Source: Acaryochloris marina MBIC11017
GTDB lineage: Bacteria > Cyanobacteriota > Cyanobacteriia > Thermosynechococcales > Thermosynechococcaceae
Length of the DNA: 32,000 nucleotides
Direction: 5' to 3'
Assembly (NCBI RefSeq): GCF_000018105.1
Contig: NC_009925.1
Coordinates: 150,001 to 182,000 of the forward strand
Shown here: piece after piece, positions 7,185-17,100 of the stretch
Layout: every line of letters starts with the position of its first letter
Position numbering within the stretch: position 1 is the stretch's first letter
Position numbers and translations under genes: made by a program
The notes under the pieces: model-generated
Databases searched by the model: none
Told to the model about the DNA's origin: nothing
Seen by the model: the letters and a program-made list of their open reading frames with translations, nothing else

Positions 7185-8675
7185 CTACAGATTTCGAGCA
7201 CTTCCAGTGGGCCAGAGTCGTACGCTTGGTATTCCTTGCCCAGGAATACTACTCATGAAATGCGAGTGCAATTTTGTGAGTCCCTGATGTCCCAGTAGAC
7301 TCAGAATTGCAATTGCAAAACATCCCAAACTGGGGCGGGTGGTGAGTGGCAGTAAAAGCATGATTCCCCCCAGAATTGCCATCATAGTTGTCATAAAATG
7401 GCACACCCGCTGAACTTCTGCAATCCACTCTACAGAACGGCGACAGCTAGGACAAAGTTTAGTATGGCGATGCCAGCGGTCATAGAGTTGCTCATTACTA
7501 CGGCTCTCCACTCTTTCTGCGTAGAGAGAATTAGGTTCAGGACCACCACTCCCAAATCGATTGAGCCAGTTTTTTAAGGTCAAAGTTCCCTGATCAGCAG
7601 GAGAAGGAAGGAAGGGAGAACGTCTACGACCCGTATCAATAACAGCCTCATTCCGTTCTTGGGCATGCATAGCTGTAATATCCTGGTCATTGAGTTTGTA
7701 AGTCCCCAAATGTTGTAGTCCAACCTGCACATACTCGGGCAGTAACCCTAGCATTTGTTTGTTCATCCACTGTATTAGACTCAATGGACGTGCTGGGAAT
7801 TCTAAGTCCATCACGAACTTCATAATGTATCGACAATGTTCTGGTGCCGTTGGGACAAAATAGAGTTGAAAGGTTTGGACGCCACCCGTTGGCAGGTAGT
7901 ACTGGGTGATGTTGGCACAAGGAGGACGGAATGTTCGAGTTGCCTCCATCTCTCGGTTGAAGGTGTTATACCCTTTGTGACTAAGAACAAAACCTTCCTC
8001 TGCAGATAGCTCACCTAGGAGTTCGAAACCCTGCATAGGAATGGCGTTCGCGGGTGAAAAAGTGCCGATCCCTTCATGCAGAAATTGGGCATGTACAGGG
8101 TCAAAGCTGTTTTCAATCGAAACAGTGTAGCCTAAAGGAACCTCTATCATGTGCCAATCAGTCTTATTCCACTTCGGACTCGTTTTAGGCAGTGTTGCGG
8201 GCTGCTTTTGCTGACAGTCTGCAAAGGCTCGGTCGTTACGATCTGGCCAAATCCAAAGCAATCCTTGTTCAACCTGGGTCGGATAGGTAGTTACATGAGA
8301 TCTAACATTGTGATAAGCGGCTGGTTGATCTAACTGAGCAGGCAGCATCGGATTCTGGACACACTGTCCCTGCTGATCAAAGCACCAACCATGTTGACGG
8401 CAGACAAGAGTGCCATCCGCTTGAACCTTGCCTAGGGATAATTGCGTCAGTTTATGGGGACAAACATCATCCATTGCAATCCACTGACCCTGATGTTGCC
8501 AGATCACCAGATTTTTACCGAGCAAGGTGATGGGGGTAGGACAGGAGTCATCAAGATAGCTTAAGGGGCTAACCGGATACCACTGCTTTAGCCAATTGAA
8601 GGGTTGCCCTTCTGCGGTAGGTTGTAACTCTAAACCCTTTAGATTTTCTGGATTGAGGTCAATGTCTGTAGTCAT
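7185..8675 (-). CDS. Rieske [2Fe-2S] non-haem iron oxygenase of the PAO/Tic55/PTC52 family
   Basis: Rieske motif CPH-x17-CRQH. Mononuclear iron motif ENSFDPVHAQFLH (E-x3-D-x2-H-x4-H). C-terminal CPSC (CxxC) followed by two TM helices, as in the plant/cyanobacterial PAO-Tic55 family. The start could be ATG 8675 (MTTDIDL) or GTG 8693. Confidence 0.85.
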   Translation of the reverse strand: MTTDIDLNPENLKGLELQPTAEGQPFNWLKQWYPVSPLSYLDDSCPTPITLLGKNLVIWQHQGQWIAMDDVCPHKLTQLSLGKVQADGTLVCRQHGWCFDQQGQCVQNPMLPAQLDQPAAYHNVRSHVTTYPTQVEQGLLWIWPDRNDRAFADCQQKQPATLPKTSPKWNKTDWHMIEVPLGYTVSIENSFDPVHAQFLHEGIGTFSPANAIPMQGFELLGELSAEEGFVLSHKGYNTFNREMEATRTFRPPCANITQYYLPTGGVQTFQLYFVPTAPEHCRYIMKFVMDLEFPARPLSLIQWMNKQMLGLLPEYVQVGLQHLGTYKLNDQDITAMHAQERNEAVIDTGRRRSPFLPSPADQGTLTLKNWLNRFGSGGPEPNSLYAERVESRSNEQLYDRWHRHTKLCPSCRRSVEWIAEVQRVCHFMTTMMAILGGIMLLLPLTTRPSLGCFAIAILSLLGHQGLTKLHSHFMSSIPGQGIPSVRLWPTGSARNL

Positions 8676-8894
8676 AAGGCACCATTGCTCCACTTTTGTT
8701 GAGAACGTGCTTGGAAGACTGTGTGGTTCTATTACATAAGGCAGGCGAAGGCTATATCTGATGGCAGAGTTCTAATTGATGAATTCTAACCAACCCTTCC
8801 TTAGAAAAAATATCACTAATCAGATGTCAGTGACTTTCCCAGCTTTTATGCATTACTCCTTAGACTCCGCCACCTAGCACTGCACCCTGCGAAA

Positions 8895-8937
8895 AATGCC
8901 TGATATGGAAGAATTTTAGCTCTCTATATCAGGCATT
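8895..8937. repeat. Inverted repeat (12-bp arms, 19-nt spacer) just outside the IS left end
   Basis: aatgcctgatat (8895-8906) and atatcaggcatt (8926-8937) are perfectly complementary. Confidence 0.7.
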
Positions 8938-8946
8938 GTACTTTTA

Positions 8947-10088
8947 TACTGCGGACGACTTGTGACTTAACATTGTGGTAGAGAGATTTGGCACACTGGG
9001 AGTATCCCCGCACCTATCCTCCACTCCCATGATTAAAATTGATTTCACCGCAGAGGAAATCCAACAACTCAATTACGAACGCTATCATCACCCTCACCCA
9101 CGGGTGCAGCGACGGATGGAAGTGCTCTACTTGAAGAGTCAAGGTCTTTCCCATACCCAGATCTGCCAGCTTTGTCAGATTAGTCGCCCCACTTTAGCCA
9201 AAACTCTTCGTCAGTATCAACAAGGAGGGATTGAAGGGCTGAAGACCCTTGAATATAAAGGTCAACCGAGTCTACTCAACGCTCATAGCGATAGTGTGAG
9301 AGCTTACTTTGAGCAACATCCTCCCCGCACCAGTGCAGAAGCTCAAGCGGTCATTGAGCAATTAACAGGCATCAAACGCAGTCCCACCCAAATCAAAGCC
9401 TTCCTCAAACGCATCGGTTGTCGTTATCGAAAAGTGGGGTATGTGCCGGGAAAGTCGAGTCTGCCCGAGAAAATTGAGGAGCAAGAGCAGTTTCGACACA
9501 CTCGCCTTGAACCCTTATTAGAGGAAGCTCAACGCCAAGAGCGTCTTGTCTTTTTTGTGGATGCTGCTCACTTTGTTCACCGTGCTTATCTAGGGTTTGT
9601 CTGGTGCATCACTCGGATCTTCATCCCTTCTCCTTCTGGTCGCCAACGTTTCAATGTCCTGGGCGCGCTCGACGCTATCACCAAAGACCTAGTCAGCGTT
9701 ACCAACCACACCTATATCAATTCTCACAGTATGTGCCTGTTACTGGCCAAGCTGGCGCTACTTGACCCAGTCATACCCATCAGCGTGATTTTAGACAATG
9801 CGCGATACCAGAAATGTCAGCTTGTAACGGACTTTGCCGAGATCGTCGATATTGAGCTGGTCTATCTGCCCTCCTATTCACCCCATTTGAATTTGATTGA
9901 GCGACTCTGGCGTTTTGTACGCAAGGAATGTCTCTATTCAAAGTATTATGCTGATTTTCCCGCCTTCAAAGGGGCCATTCAACAGTGCATCGACCAGTGT
10001 AATGGAGAGCATAAGGCGAAACTCACCACCTTACTATCACTCAAGTTTCAGTCTTTTAAGAAAGTTAATATCTTAGCCGCCTAGAGTA
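8947..10088 (+). mobile_element. IS630-family insertion sequence (~1.14 kb) flanked by a TA/TA target duplication
   Basis: It holds a single DDE transposase ORF. The termini TACTGCGGACGACTTGTGACTTAAC (left) and the reverse complement of the right end, TACTCTAGGCGGCTAAGATATTAAC, form imperfect inverted repeats (about 16/27 matches counting the TA). TA lies directly outside both ends (8945-8946 and 10089-10090). The right IR overlaps the transposase stop, as is common in IS630. Confidence 0.6.
9029..10084 (+). CDS. IS630-family (Tc1/mariner-like) DDE transposase
   Basis: An N-terminal HTH pair (LKSQGLSHTQICQLCQISRPTLAKTL; winged helix) is followed by a DD(35)E-like triad context: FFVDAAHF ... 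ILDNARYQK ... PSYSPHLNLIERLW. ATG 9029 (MIKIDF) is preferred over the GTG at 8975. Confidence 0.85.
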   Translation: MIKIDFTAEEIQQLNYERYHHPHPRVQRRMEVLYLKSQGLSHTQICQLCQISRPTLAKTLRQYQQGGIEGLKTLEYKGQPSLLNAHSDSVRAYFEQHPPRTSAEAQAVIEQLTGIKRSPTQIKAFLKRIGCRYRKVGYVPGKSSLPEKIEEQEQFRHTRLEPLLEEAQRQERLVFFVDAAHFVHRAYLGFVWCITRIFIPSPSGRQRFNVLGALDAITKDLVSVTNHTYINSHSMCLLLAKLALLDPVIPISVILDNARYQKCQLVTDFAEIVDIELVYLPSYSPHLNLIERLWRFVRKECLYSKYYADFPAFKGAIQQCIDQCNGEHKAKLTTLLSLKFQSFKKVNILAA

Positions 10089-10123
10089 TATCAATTATGC
10101 ATGTACTCATTAGGTTCATCTAA

Positions 10124-10846
10124 TTATCCCAACAGCCAAGAGCCACCTAAGAGAAAGATATAAAACACCACACCGCTTAGAAACCAGACAAATCGAGTCT
10201 CTTTATGGTCTGGAAGTTCTTCCTTGAAGATATTGAACATCAAGAATCCAGTCAAAAGAGCGGTGAGGGTATTTGAGAAGGTGCGATTTGCTGCTTCCGC
10301 AAATAGGTCAGTGACGAGTCCACAAAAGACGGCTGCGATTAATGCATATCGACCCTGTTGATCAAACAGATGTTTGTAGTGTTCACTCAGATGATGATCG
10401 GTGGATAACAGGTGTAAACTCATGGCCAAAACATAGATAAAGGCAAAGGGAATGCTCTGCTCGAACTGTTCTGGGATGGAATAGATGAGCAAGAAGTTAT
10501 AAGAGCTAATGAATAACATCTGTAGCCAAAAGGCTCTCTTGTTCAGTTCCTGGGAATCATCTTGTGTCTGCGACCAGATCCAACGTTGAGCGCCGTAAAA
10601 AAGCAGAAATCCAATTAAAGCAACGATGTGAATGGGAAATCTGCCTAGGGAAACATCTCCCTGCTCCAGTTCTGGGAGGAGGTGCAAAAACACATAGGTG
10701 ATAGCCATGCCGCCACTAAAGGAAATCGCGATTTGCTCAGAGGTGTAAAGCCACTTATGGAGGGGGCGAGCCCAGTAGTGAATGGCTGCGAATGAGATCG
10801 CCACCAGTGTCGTTAATTCAAGGACAATAAATGAAGCCATATGCAT
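10124..10846 (-). CDS. Polytopic membrane protein, possibly a ZIP-like divalent metal transporter
   Basis: About 8 predicted TM helices. HLLPELEQG and HLLSTDHHLSEH are His/Glu-rich motifs reminiscent of the ZIP HxxPEG motifs. The assignment is tentative. Confidence 0.4.
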   Translation of the reverse strand: MHMASFIVLELTTLVAISFAAIHYWARPLHKWLYTSEQIAISFSGGMAITYVFLHLLPELEQGDVSLGRFPIHIVALIGFLLFYGAQRWIWSQTQDDSQELNKRAFWLQMLFISSYNFLLIYSIPEQFEQSIPFAFIYVLAMSLHLLSTDHHLSEHYKHLFDQQGRYALIAAVFCGLVTDLFAEAANRTFSNTLTALLTGFLMFNIFKEELPDHKETRFVWFLSGVVFYIFLLGGSWLLG

Positions 10847-10935
10847 AAGAATGTCCCCACTCCTGGGTTGGACAGTAAATTTGAATGGTGTTGATTTGAG
10901 TTTAGGAATCGCCAGTTATCAATATTCTCCAATCG

Positions 10936-12237
10936 TCATTCAACAGGGCGAGCGGCGGCTGGACGATAACTGGAGCGATACGGTAGACGAACGGGCATTG
11001 TAGGTACCGTCAAATGTTCTGCCTTAGACAAGGATTGCTCTTTCCTCACTCTTTGGGCATACCAGTTGGCACCGGGAAACGCTGACAGCCCATGAGCAAA
11101 GATGCTGAGCAAAACTGTAGACACCACAATGGTAAATATCTGCTCTCGTCCCTGGATGGCTTCCCGATTCAGAACCATTAGCACGTAGAGAATGGAGGCC
11201 ACGCCGCGAGGACCAAACCACCCCAGAAATAGTTGGGTGTCCCAACGGAGTTTCATGCCAACAAGGCTAAGGGAAACACTCAAGATCCTAGCTGCAGTGA
11301 GGCTTAGAACGGCATAGAGAATCACTCTGCCCTGGATTTGCGTAAGAACAGGCAAGACCATTAGACCGCCAAAAATGACGAAGGTAACGAGGATAAAAAA
11401 CTGACCTTCTGTCTCACCATATTCATATAGGCGAGGGCAAAGTTCTCGATTCGTATTGCCTAAGGTCAGTCCGGCACAGAAGGCAGCGATAAATCCATTA
11501 CCACCCAGGGGTTCAGCCAAACAGAAGGCCAGTGCAGCCAAAGAAAGCAGTGATAAGCGTTGATAGTTCTCAGTCATCCAATGGGTACGAGCCGTGGTCG
11601 CAATCAGTTGTCCTCCCAAATAGCCCACCAGAATACCCACTACGGATCCCATGATGAGTTGAGCCAAGGCAAACCCACCCCAGCTAGCAACAGTTTGTTC
11701 TCCCCCCGCTGACTCAGCTAGGGATAAGAAAATCAATAAGATAGGCAGACAAATCCCGTCATTCAGCCCACTCTCAATATTCAAGGCTTGTCGAATTCGC
11801 ACGGGCACGTTGGGACTATTGACTACGGCCTGCCCTAGGGCGGCATCGGTGGGAGCCAGTATGGTAGCAACAGCGGCGGCTTCCCATATATTGAGTTGGG
11901 GAAAGAGTGCGATCGCAAACCCGCTACCTAACAGGATCGTTAACGGTAAGCCAATCCCCAACAGTCTGAGGGGCAGTTGATACTGCTGTTTCAAGAGTTT
12001 GAAATCAATCCGAGACGCATCGGTGAACAGGACGAAGACCAAGGTTGTGGTGGCAATAATATCTACCACTTCACTATCCACGGACAGATTCAGCAGTTGG
12101 CTAACCAAGGGACTAATCAAGAGTCCAAAGGTGGCAAAAATCATCGGTGGCGTAATCATGCTCTTTTCGATCCGCCCCGAAACTGAACCAAATACCAGGG
12201 TAAAGAGGGAAATGATCGTAACGGCTTCTAGGATCAT
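10936..12237 (-). CDS. Na+/H+ (cation:proton) antiporter, CPA1/NhaP type
   Basis: The protein is multi-TM with the characteristic ESGLNDG motif and FGPRG; its length and topology are typical of CPA1. Confidence 0.8.
   Translation of the reverse strand: MILEAVTIISLFTLVFGSVSGRIEKSMITPPMIFATFGLLISPLVSQLLNLSVDSEVVDIIATTTLVFVLFTDASRIDFKLLKQQYQLPLRLLGIGLPLTILLGSGFAIALFPQLNIWEAAAVATILAPTDAALGQAVVNSPNVPVRIRQALNIESGLNDGICLPILLIFLSLAESAGGEQTVASWGGFALAQLIMGSVVGILVGYLGGQLIATTARTHWMTENYQRLSLLSLAALAFCLAEPLGGNGFIAAFCAGLTLGNTNRELCPRLYEYGETEGQFFILVTFVIFGGLMVLPVLTQIQGRVILYAVLSLTAARILSVSLSLVGMKLRWDTQLFLGWFGPRGVASILYVLMVLNREAIQGREQIFTIVVSTVLLSIFAHGLSAFPGANWYAQRVRKEQSLSKAEHLTVPTMPVRLPYRSSYRPAAARPVE
11909..11916. 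repeat. HIP1 palindrome GCGATCGC
   Basis: Exact 8-mer read in sequence. Confidence 0.95.
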
Positions 12238-12277
12238 GATGGGTAATGCTGAACAACGGGCTGAGTCAATTTTTTAG

Positions 12278-13030
12278 TTAAACAGCGGTCGGTTCTGTCA
12301 GTGCGATCGCATCCCGAAGTTGAGGACGGCTATACCAACTCCACTGTCCTTCCGTAACTGGCTGGATATTGAACTCAGACCGCAAGTCATCTAGGGGCTG
12401 TTCGAACCGTTCTTCCCACTTCACGGGGAACAGAGGCTTTGCGTCTCGTCCTATCTTGATGCCCGTAGACAAGATGTCATAGTCATATTCAACATCGATA
12501 CCGTTATCTTGGGGACCACCAAAAAAGTCCAGCAACATACCCAGAAGATTGATCAATATCCAACCGGGATAGCCCGTCTGGGCAACGGTAACAGACAGGA
12601 CACCCGCTTCACCAAAGTCATCCATGCTAAAGCCCGTCAAAATATGATGTAAATCATGGGTTTTACGAATGCGATTGATTACATAATCTGCATCCTTTTC
12701 AATATTGCGTAGGCGATAGAAGTGGGGCTCGTATCCCAATGCACTCATTACTCGGGCATAGGTCCACCCTAATGATCCTTCCGGCATCTGCAACATTTTC
12801 TCCAAGTCATACTCTGAACCCAAATATTGCGCTTCAATCATTTGAGCAGTCGCTGCATCTTCTCTCATCCAGGTCAGACAGCGCTCCATTTGGGGACTAT
12901 CTCGCAGCAAGTCGCTAATATCAAATACCTCATTCACATCCGTCCCGGCCCCGGCAACATGATCAATAAAGGTCAATAGCTGGTTGATATTGTCAGGTGT
13001 GGCAATTTCATTGATATATTTGAACCCCAT
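12278..13030 (-). CDS. Coq4-family protein (HDxxH-x11-E zinc-binding motif)
   Basis: THDLHHILTGFSMDDFGEAGV matches the Coq4 HDxxH(x)11E signature. GGGAGA lies about 6 nt upstream of the ATG. Confidence 0.6.
   Translation of the reverse strand: MGFKYINEIATPDNINQLLTFIDHVAGAGTDVNEVFDISDLLRDSPQMERCLTWMREDAATAQMIEAQYLGSEYDLEKMLQMPEGSLGWTYARVMSALGYEPHFYRLRNIEKDADYVINRIRKTHDLHHILTGFSMDDFGEAGVLSVTVAQTGYPGWILINLLGMLLDFFGGPQDNGIDVEYDYDILSTGIKIGRDAKPLFPVKWEERFEQPLDDLRSEFNIQPVTEGQWSWYSRPQLRDAIALTEPTAV
12303..12310. repeat. HIP1 palindrome GCGATCGC
   Basis: Exact 8-mer read in sequence. Confidence 0.95.
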
Positions 13031-13102
13031 AATCGTCTCCCTCTCGTGTATGTATCGGTTAGTCGGGTTAGTTCTGAAAAGCTTGATCGATGGCTCTAAG
13101 CT

Positions 13103-13258
13103 TTAAGTCGCAAGCCGTTGGACATGGCTGTAGAAGCCTGACGTTCTATGAATTAGAAACTCACTATAATCAGCGATATCATCAAGCCCAATTGCTGTAA
13201 GCAGTACTTCAAGCGCGAGCCAAATTGTGATTTGAGTCAGTAGCGTTTTCCATTTCAT
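13103..13258 (-). CDS. Small membrane protein (51 aa), not in the ORF track
   Basis: My translation is MKWKTLLTQITIWLALEVLLTAIGLDDIADYSEFLIHRTSGFYSHVQRLAT*. A strong Shine-Dalgarno AGGAGG lies 7 nt upstream of the ATG, and there is one clear TM helix. Confidence 0.5.
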   Translation of the reverse strand: MKWKTLLTQITIWLALEVLLTAIGLDDIADYSEFLIHRTSGFYSHVQRLAT

Positions 13259-13391
13259 GAATGTCCACCTCCTAGCAGTTAGTCTTGTCCTGGGACACTC
13301 CTTCCCCTGGGATTAGAACTTCGGAACGTACAAGCACTAACTAAGGGGAAAGAGTTCAGAGGCCCTTCAGGCCATCATTGGCAAAATCCAG

Positions 13392-13778
13392 CTATGACTC
13401 CTTAATCAAGGCAGCCCAAGCAGAATTCACGGCTTTATCGAAGCGATCTCCCATGCCTTTGAGTTCAGCCACAAAGGTGTCCCATTTGCGACTGGCATCA
13501 TCATTGAGTTCTTTAAGAGACTGATCCAAAGCATTGCCTTGTTCTTGGAAAAAGGTTTCTGTTTGATTGAGGGTTGCCTTCGCTTGGCTGATGGCCTGAT
13601 GATAGGTTTCACGGGTGATTTGGTCAGCAGCAGAAAGTTCAGATTCGGCCCGCTTTTTAATTAAGTCGACCAACTCGCCGGCTTTTTGCTTAATCTCATC
13701 TGACTCATTCGCCATCTTTTGATTAACTAGGGCTCGGGTTTCTTCGCTGACGGGAGTGATTGGGGAAGAAGTAGTCAT
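13392..13778 (-). CDS. Helical/coiled-coil hypothetical protein (128 aa)
   Basis: The composition is charged and helix-rich (E/K/Q/A) with no TM helix after the chosen start. The start is ATG 13778 (MTTSSPITPV) with GGAG 8 nt upstream. The track extension to 13829 lacks an RBS. Confidence 0.6.
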   Translation of the reverse strand: MTTSSPITPVSEETRALVNQKMANESDEIKQKAGELVDLIKKRAESELSAADQITRETYHQAISQAKATLNQTETFFQEQGNALDQSLKELNDDASRKWDTFVAELKGMGDRFDKAVNSAWAALIKES

Positions 13779-14175
13779 GATTTTCTCCAAATTAAGAATA
13801 ATGAGCAAAGCGATTGAGAAGGAAAACAAAGTTTGTCTCCTCGCTAAATCGGTGTGATTTGGGTGGAAAGGTGATGCACAACCGTGGTTTATCCGACTGC
13901 CGTTAATGCATGGTCGGCGGCTATCTCCTCATCCCGATGGTTGCTCCGGTTTGGGTTTCAGCCATCACCATTCAGGTTGTTGAACTAAGTCTATGGCGAT
14001 TTATCAGCTGCGTCAGTAATAGAAAAGTAAGAAGCTCGGGTTGTCTAGATCACAAAGATTCAGCCGCAATGTGATCAAAAAGTGAGATCGTTATGTTGAC
14101 CTAACTATGCCTCCGCCAAGGCACAGCGGTACAATTGGCCTACCCTTGGATTTTCTAAAGCCTGGAAAGTAAACC

Positions 14176-17100
14176 TTGATTGCTGTAGATGCTCTGGCTG
14201 TTCTAGAAAAAACCCTGCCCCCCGGAACACTCAACCAAGTTAAAACATTGGTGTTTAAGCAAGCCTGGGACGGTAAAGGCTATGCAGAAATTGCTGAAGA
14301 GGCTGGCTACGATACGGACTATATAAAAAGTGTGGCCGCTCAACTTTGGAAAAGCATTTCCTCAGAACTAGGCGAAAAAGTCACCAAAACAAATTTTCGG
14401 TCCTTATTGATTCAGCGATTGGACAAATCTGATGTCAGTGAGGATTCACTAGTTCAACCACCTATCGCAGAGGACTCTACCCCACTTCCTTCAGGTATAG
14501 CCAATGAGAAAGCCCCTGTTGTGGACTGGGGCGAAGCCCCCGATGTCTCTAAATTTTATGGCCGTAATGAAGAACTTGCCCAAATTTCTACCTGTAATCT
14601 GACCGAGGGGTGTCGATTAGTGGCCGTGTTGGGCATGGGAGGGATGGGCAAAACGAGCTTAATCGCAAAGCTGGCCCAGCAGGTCCAACATCACTACGAT
14701 TTTGTGATTTGGCGATCCCTCCGCAACGCGCCAACAGCAGACGAGGTCATTGCAGAACTGATCCCCTTTCTGTCTGAGCAACAATCCGATCAATGCTCGA
14801 CCCGCCAACTGGTGCAATGTCTGCGAGCCTCTAAATGCTTGATCATATTCGACAATCTGGAGTCGATTCTCCAGGCTGGACAAGTGGGATACTACCGCCC
14901 AGGCTATGAAGAATATGGGAATCTACTTCGGGTTGTGGGAGAAACGGCTCACCAAAGTTGTTTGCTCCTCACTAGCCGAGAGAAACCGCCAGAGGTGGCC
15001 GAATTAGAAGGCTTGGACTTAGCCGTTCGCTCCTTTTCCCTGCGAGGTTCCTCTGAAGTCGCCACTGCATTACTCAATGCCAAAGGAATTGAGGGTAGCC
15101 CCGAGCAGCAACAGCAGCTGAGCCATCACTATGGGGGGAGTCCTCTAGCCCTCAAAATTATTGCCAGCTCTATCCAAGATTTATTTGAAGGCAACCTAGA
15201 GGACTTTTTAGCCCAAGAAACGGTGGCCTTTAACGGCATACGCCGTCTGCTAGACCAGCAGTTTAAACGGTTGAGTCCCCTCGAAAAAGTTATTCTGAAC
15301 TGGTTAGCGATTAATCGAGAGTGGACTTCGATTGCAGAATTGCAGCGAGATATTGTGCCAACCGTATCCATGGCCAGCTTACTGGAATCGCTGGAAGCCC
15401 TTACCTGGAGGAACCTGATTGAGAAAAATGTCAGTCGCCAAGGGCAATCTGGACAATACACCTTGCAACCTGTCGTTATGGAATATGTGACCAATGATTT
15501 AGTCCAGCAGGTGTATCAAGATTTGATGGAAGATACAGACTCTCAGGGGGTGCAGAGGCAAGGTCTGACATCATCACAGTCCTACTTTCATACCCATGCT
15601 CTACTGAAAACAACTGTCAAAGACTATATTCAAGACAGCCAGAAACGCCTGATATTAGAGCCCTTAGCCCAATTACTCCGCAACACTTTTTTCTCTGCCC
15701 CCATGCTGGCGCAATGGGTACAGTCAGTGTTAAATCAACTCCATACCAGTCCAGTGACTGGATATGGGCCTGGAAATTTGATCAATCTCTGCCGTCAACT
15801 CAAGCTGGATTTAACAGGGTATGATTTCTCCCAACTTCCCATCTGGCAGGCAAACCTTCGGGATATGTCTTTACCTCAGGTCAATTTTAAGGGGGCTAAT
15901 TTTCAGCAGACCTTGTTCACTCAATCTCTTAGCGGCATTCTTAACATTGCCTACAGCCCTAAAGGAGACTTTCTAGCAACCATTGATGCCACTGGGAGTG
16001 TTCGCCTCTGGCAAGTTGCGGATGGTCAACTCCATATGTCTTTTGAGGATCACAGTTACTGGGGGTGGGCATTGGCCTTTAGCCCCGATGGCCAGCAACT
16101 GGCCAGTGGCGGCGAAGACAATATGGTCAGAGTTTGGGATGTTACTACTGGCCAATGTATTAACAGTTTGGAACTCAAGTGTAATGTGGTTTGGACTGTA
16201 GCCTTTAGTCCCAATGGTCAAACCCTAGCGATTGGTACCAGTGATACGGATATTTTGCTGTGGGACCTTGAAAGGAATCAGTTGCCCGAAGTATTGCAAG
16301 GGCATACCAGCGATGTGAGATCGCTCCAGTTCAGTCCTGATGGTCAACAGTTAGTCAGTGCTAGTCACGATCACACCCTTAAAATTTGGAATTTGCAATC
16401 AGGAAAGTGCCAGCAAACTTGTGTCGGCCATTCTGAGTGGGTCCTTTCTGTCGCTTATAGTATTGATGGTCAGACCCTAGCGAGCGGAAGTGCTGACCGT
16501 ACAGTCAGATTGTGGGATGTGAAGACGGGGCAATGCCGCCAGACTTTATCGGGGCATGATCTTATGGTTACTGCCATTGCCTTCAGCCCAGATGGCCAAC
16601 ATATTGCTAGTGCCAGTGAAGACCGCACCGTCAGAGTGTGGGATGTCCGTGGCCAGCATCTGAAAACCTTAGTTGGTCATCTGCATTGGGTTTGGTCCGT
16701 GGCCTTTAGTCCGGATGGTCAAATGCTAGCCAGCGGCGGGAGCGATCAAACCGTTAGATTTTGGCACGTACAAACCGGTCGACCTTTGAAGACCTTGGCT
16801 GGTTATATCGACTACTCCTATGCTCTAGCCTGGCTTCCTGATGGACAAGCTCTACTATCTGGAAGCTCCAATCACACGATACGCACTTGGGAACAAGGTC
16901 GCTGCAGACAAACCTGGAAGGCTCACGAAAACTGGGTTTGGTCTGTTAGCTGTAGACCTGACGGACAAGTTTTAGCCAGTGGGTCCAACGCTGTCAAATT
17001 ATGGGATATGGAGACCAATGCTTGTATAGCCACATTGCAGGAGGATGAGGGATTTGTCTTTTGTCTGGCCTGGAGTCCCAATGGCCGATATTTTGCTACA

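Noticed and set aside
8851-10090. Direct-repeat-like similarity cttag(act)ccgcc(ac)ctag near 8862 and cttagccgcctag near 10072 as IS boundaries
   Set aside because: It needs two gaps, would give a non-IS630-like long duplication, and one copy is simply the end of the transposase ORF. The TA-flanked inverted termini at 8947/10088 explain the element better.
13871-13970. Possible riboswitch or structured leader upstream of the coiled-coil gene (ggtgatg...catcacc closing pairing, internal ccgac/gtcgg stem; vague resemblance of the minus strand to the fluoride crcB motif)
   Set aside because: The resemblance needs several mismatches and an insertion. The downstream gene is not a fluoride-related or other known riboswitch-controlled gene. 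I cannot test covariation. A covariance-model scan (Rfam/Infernal) would settle it.
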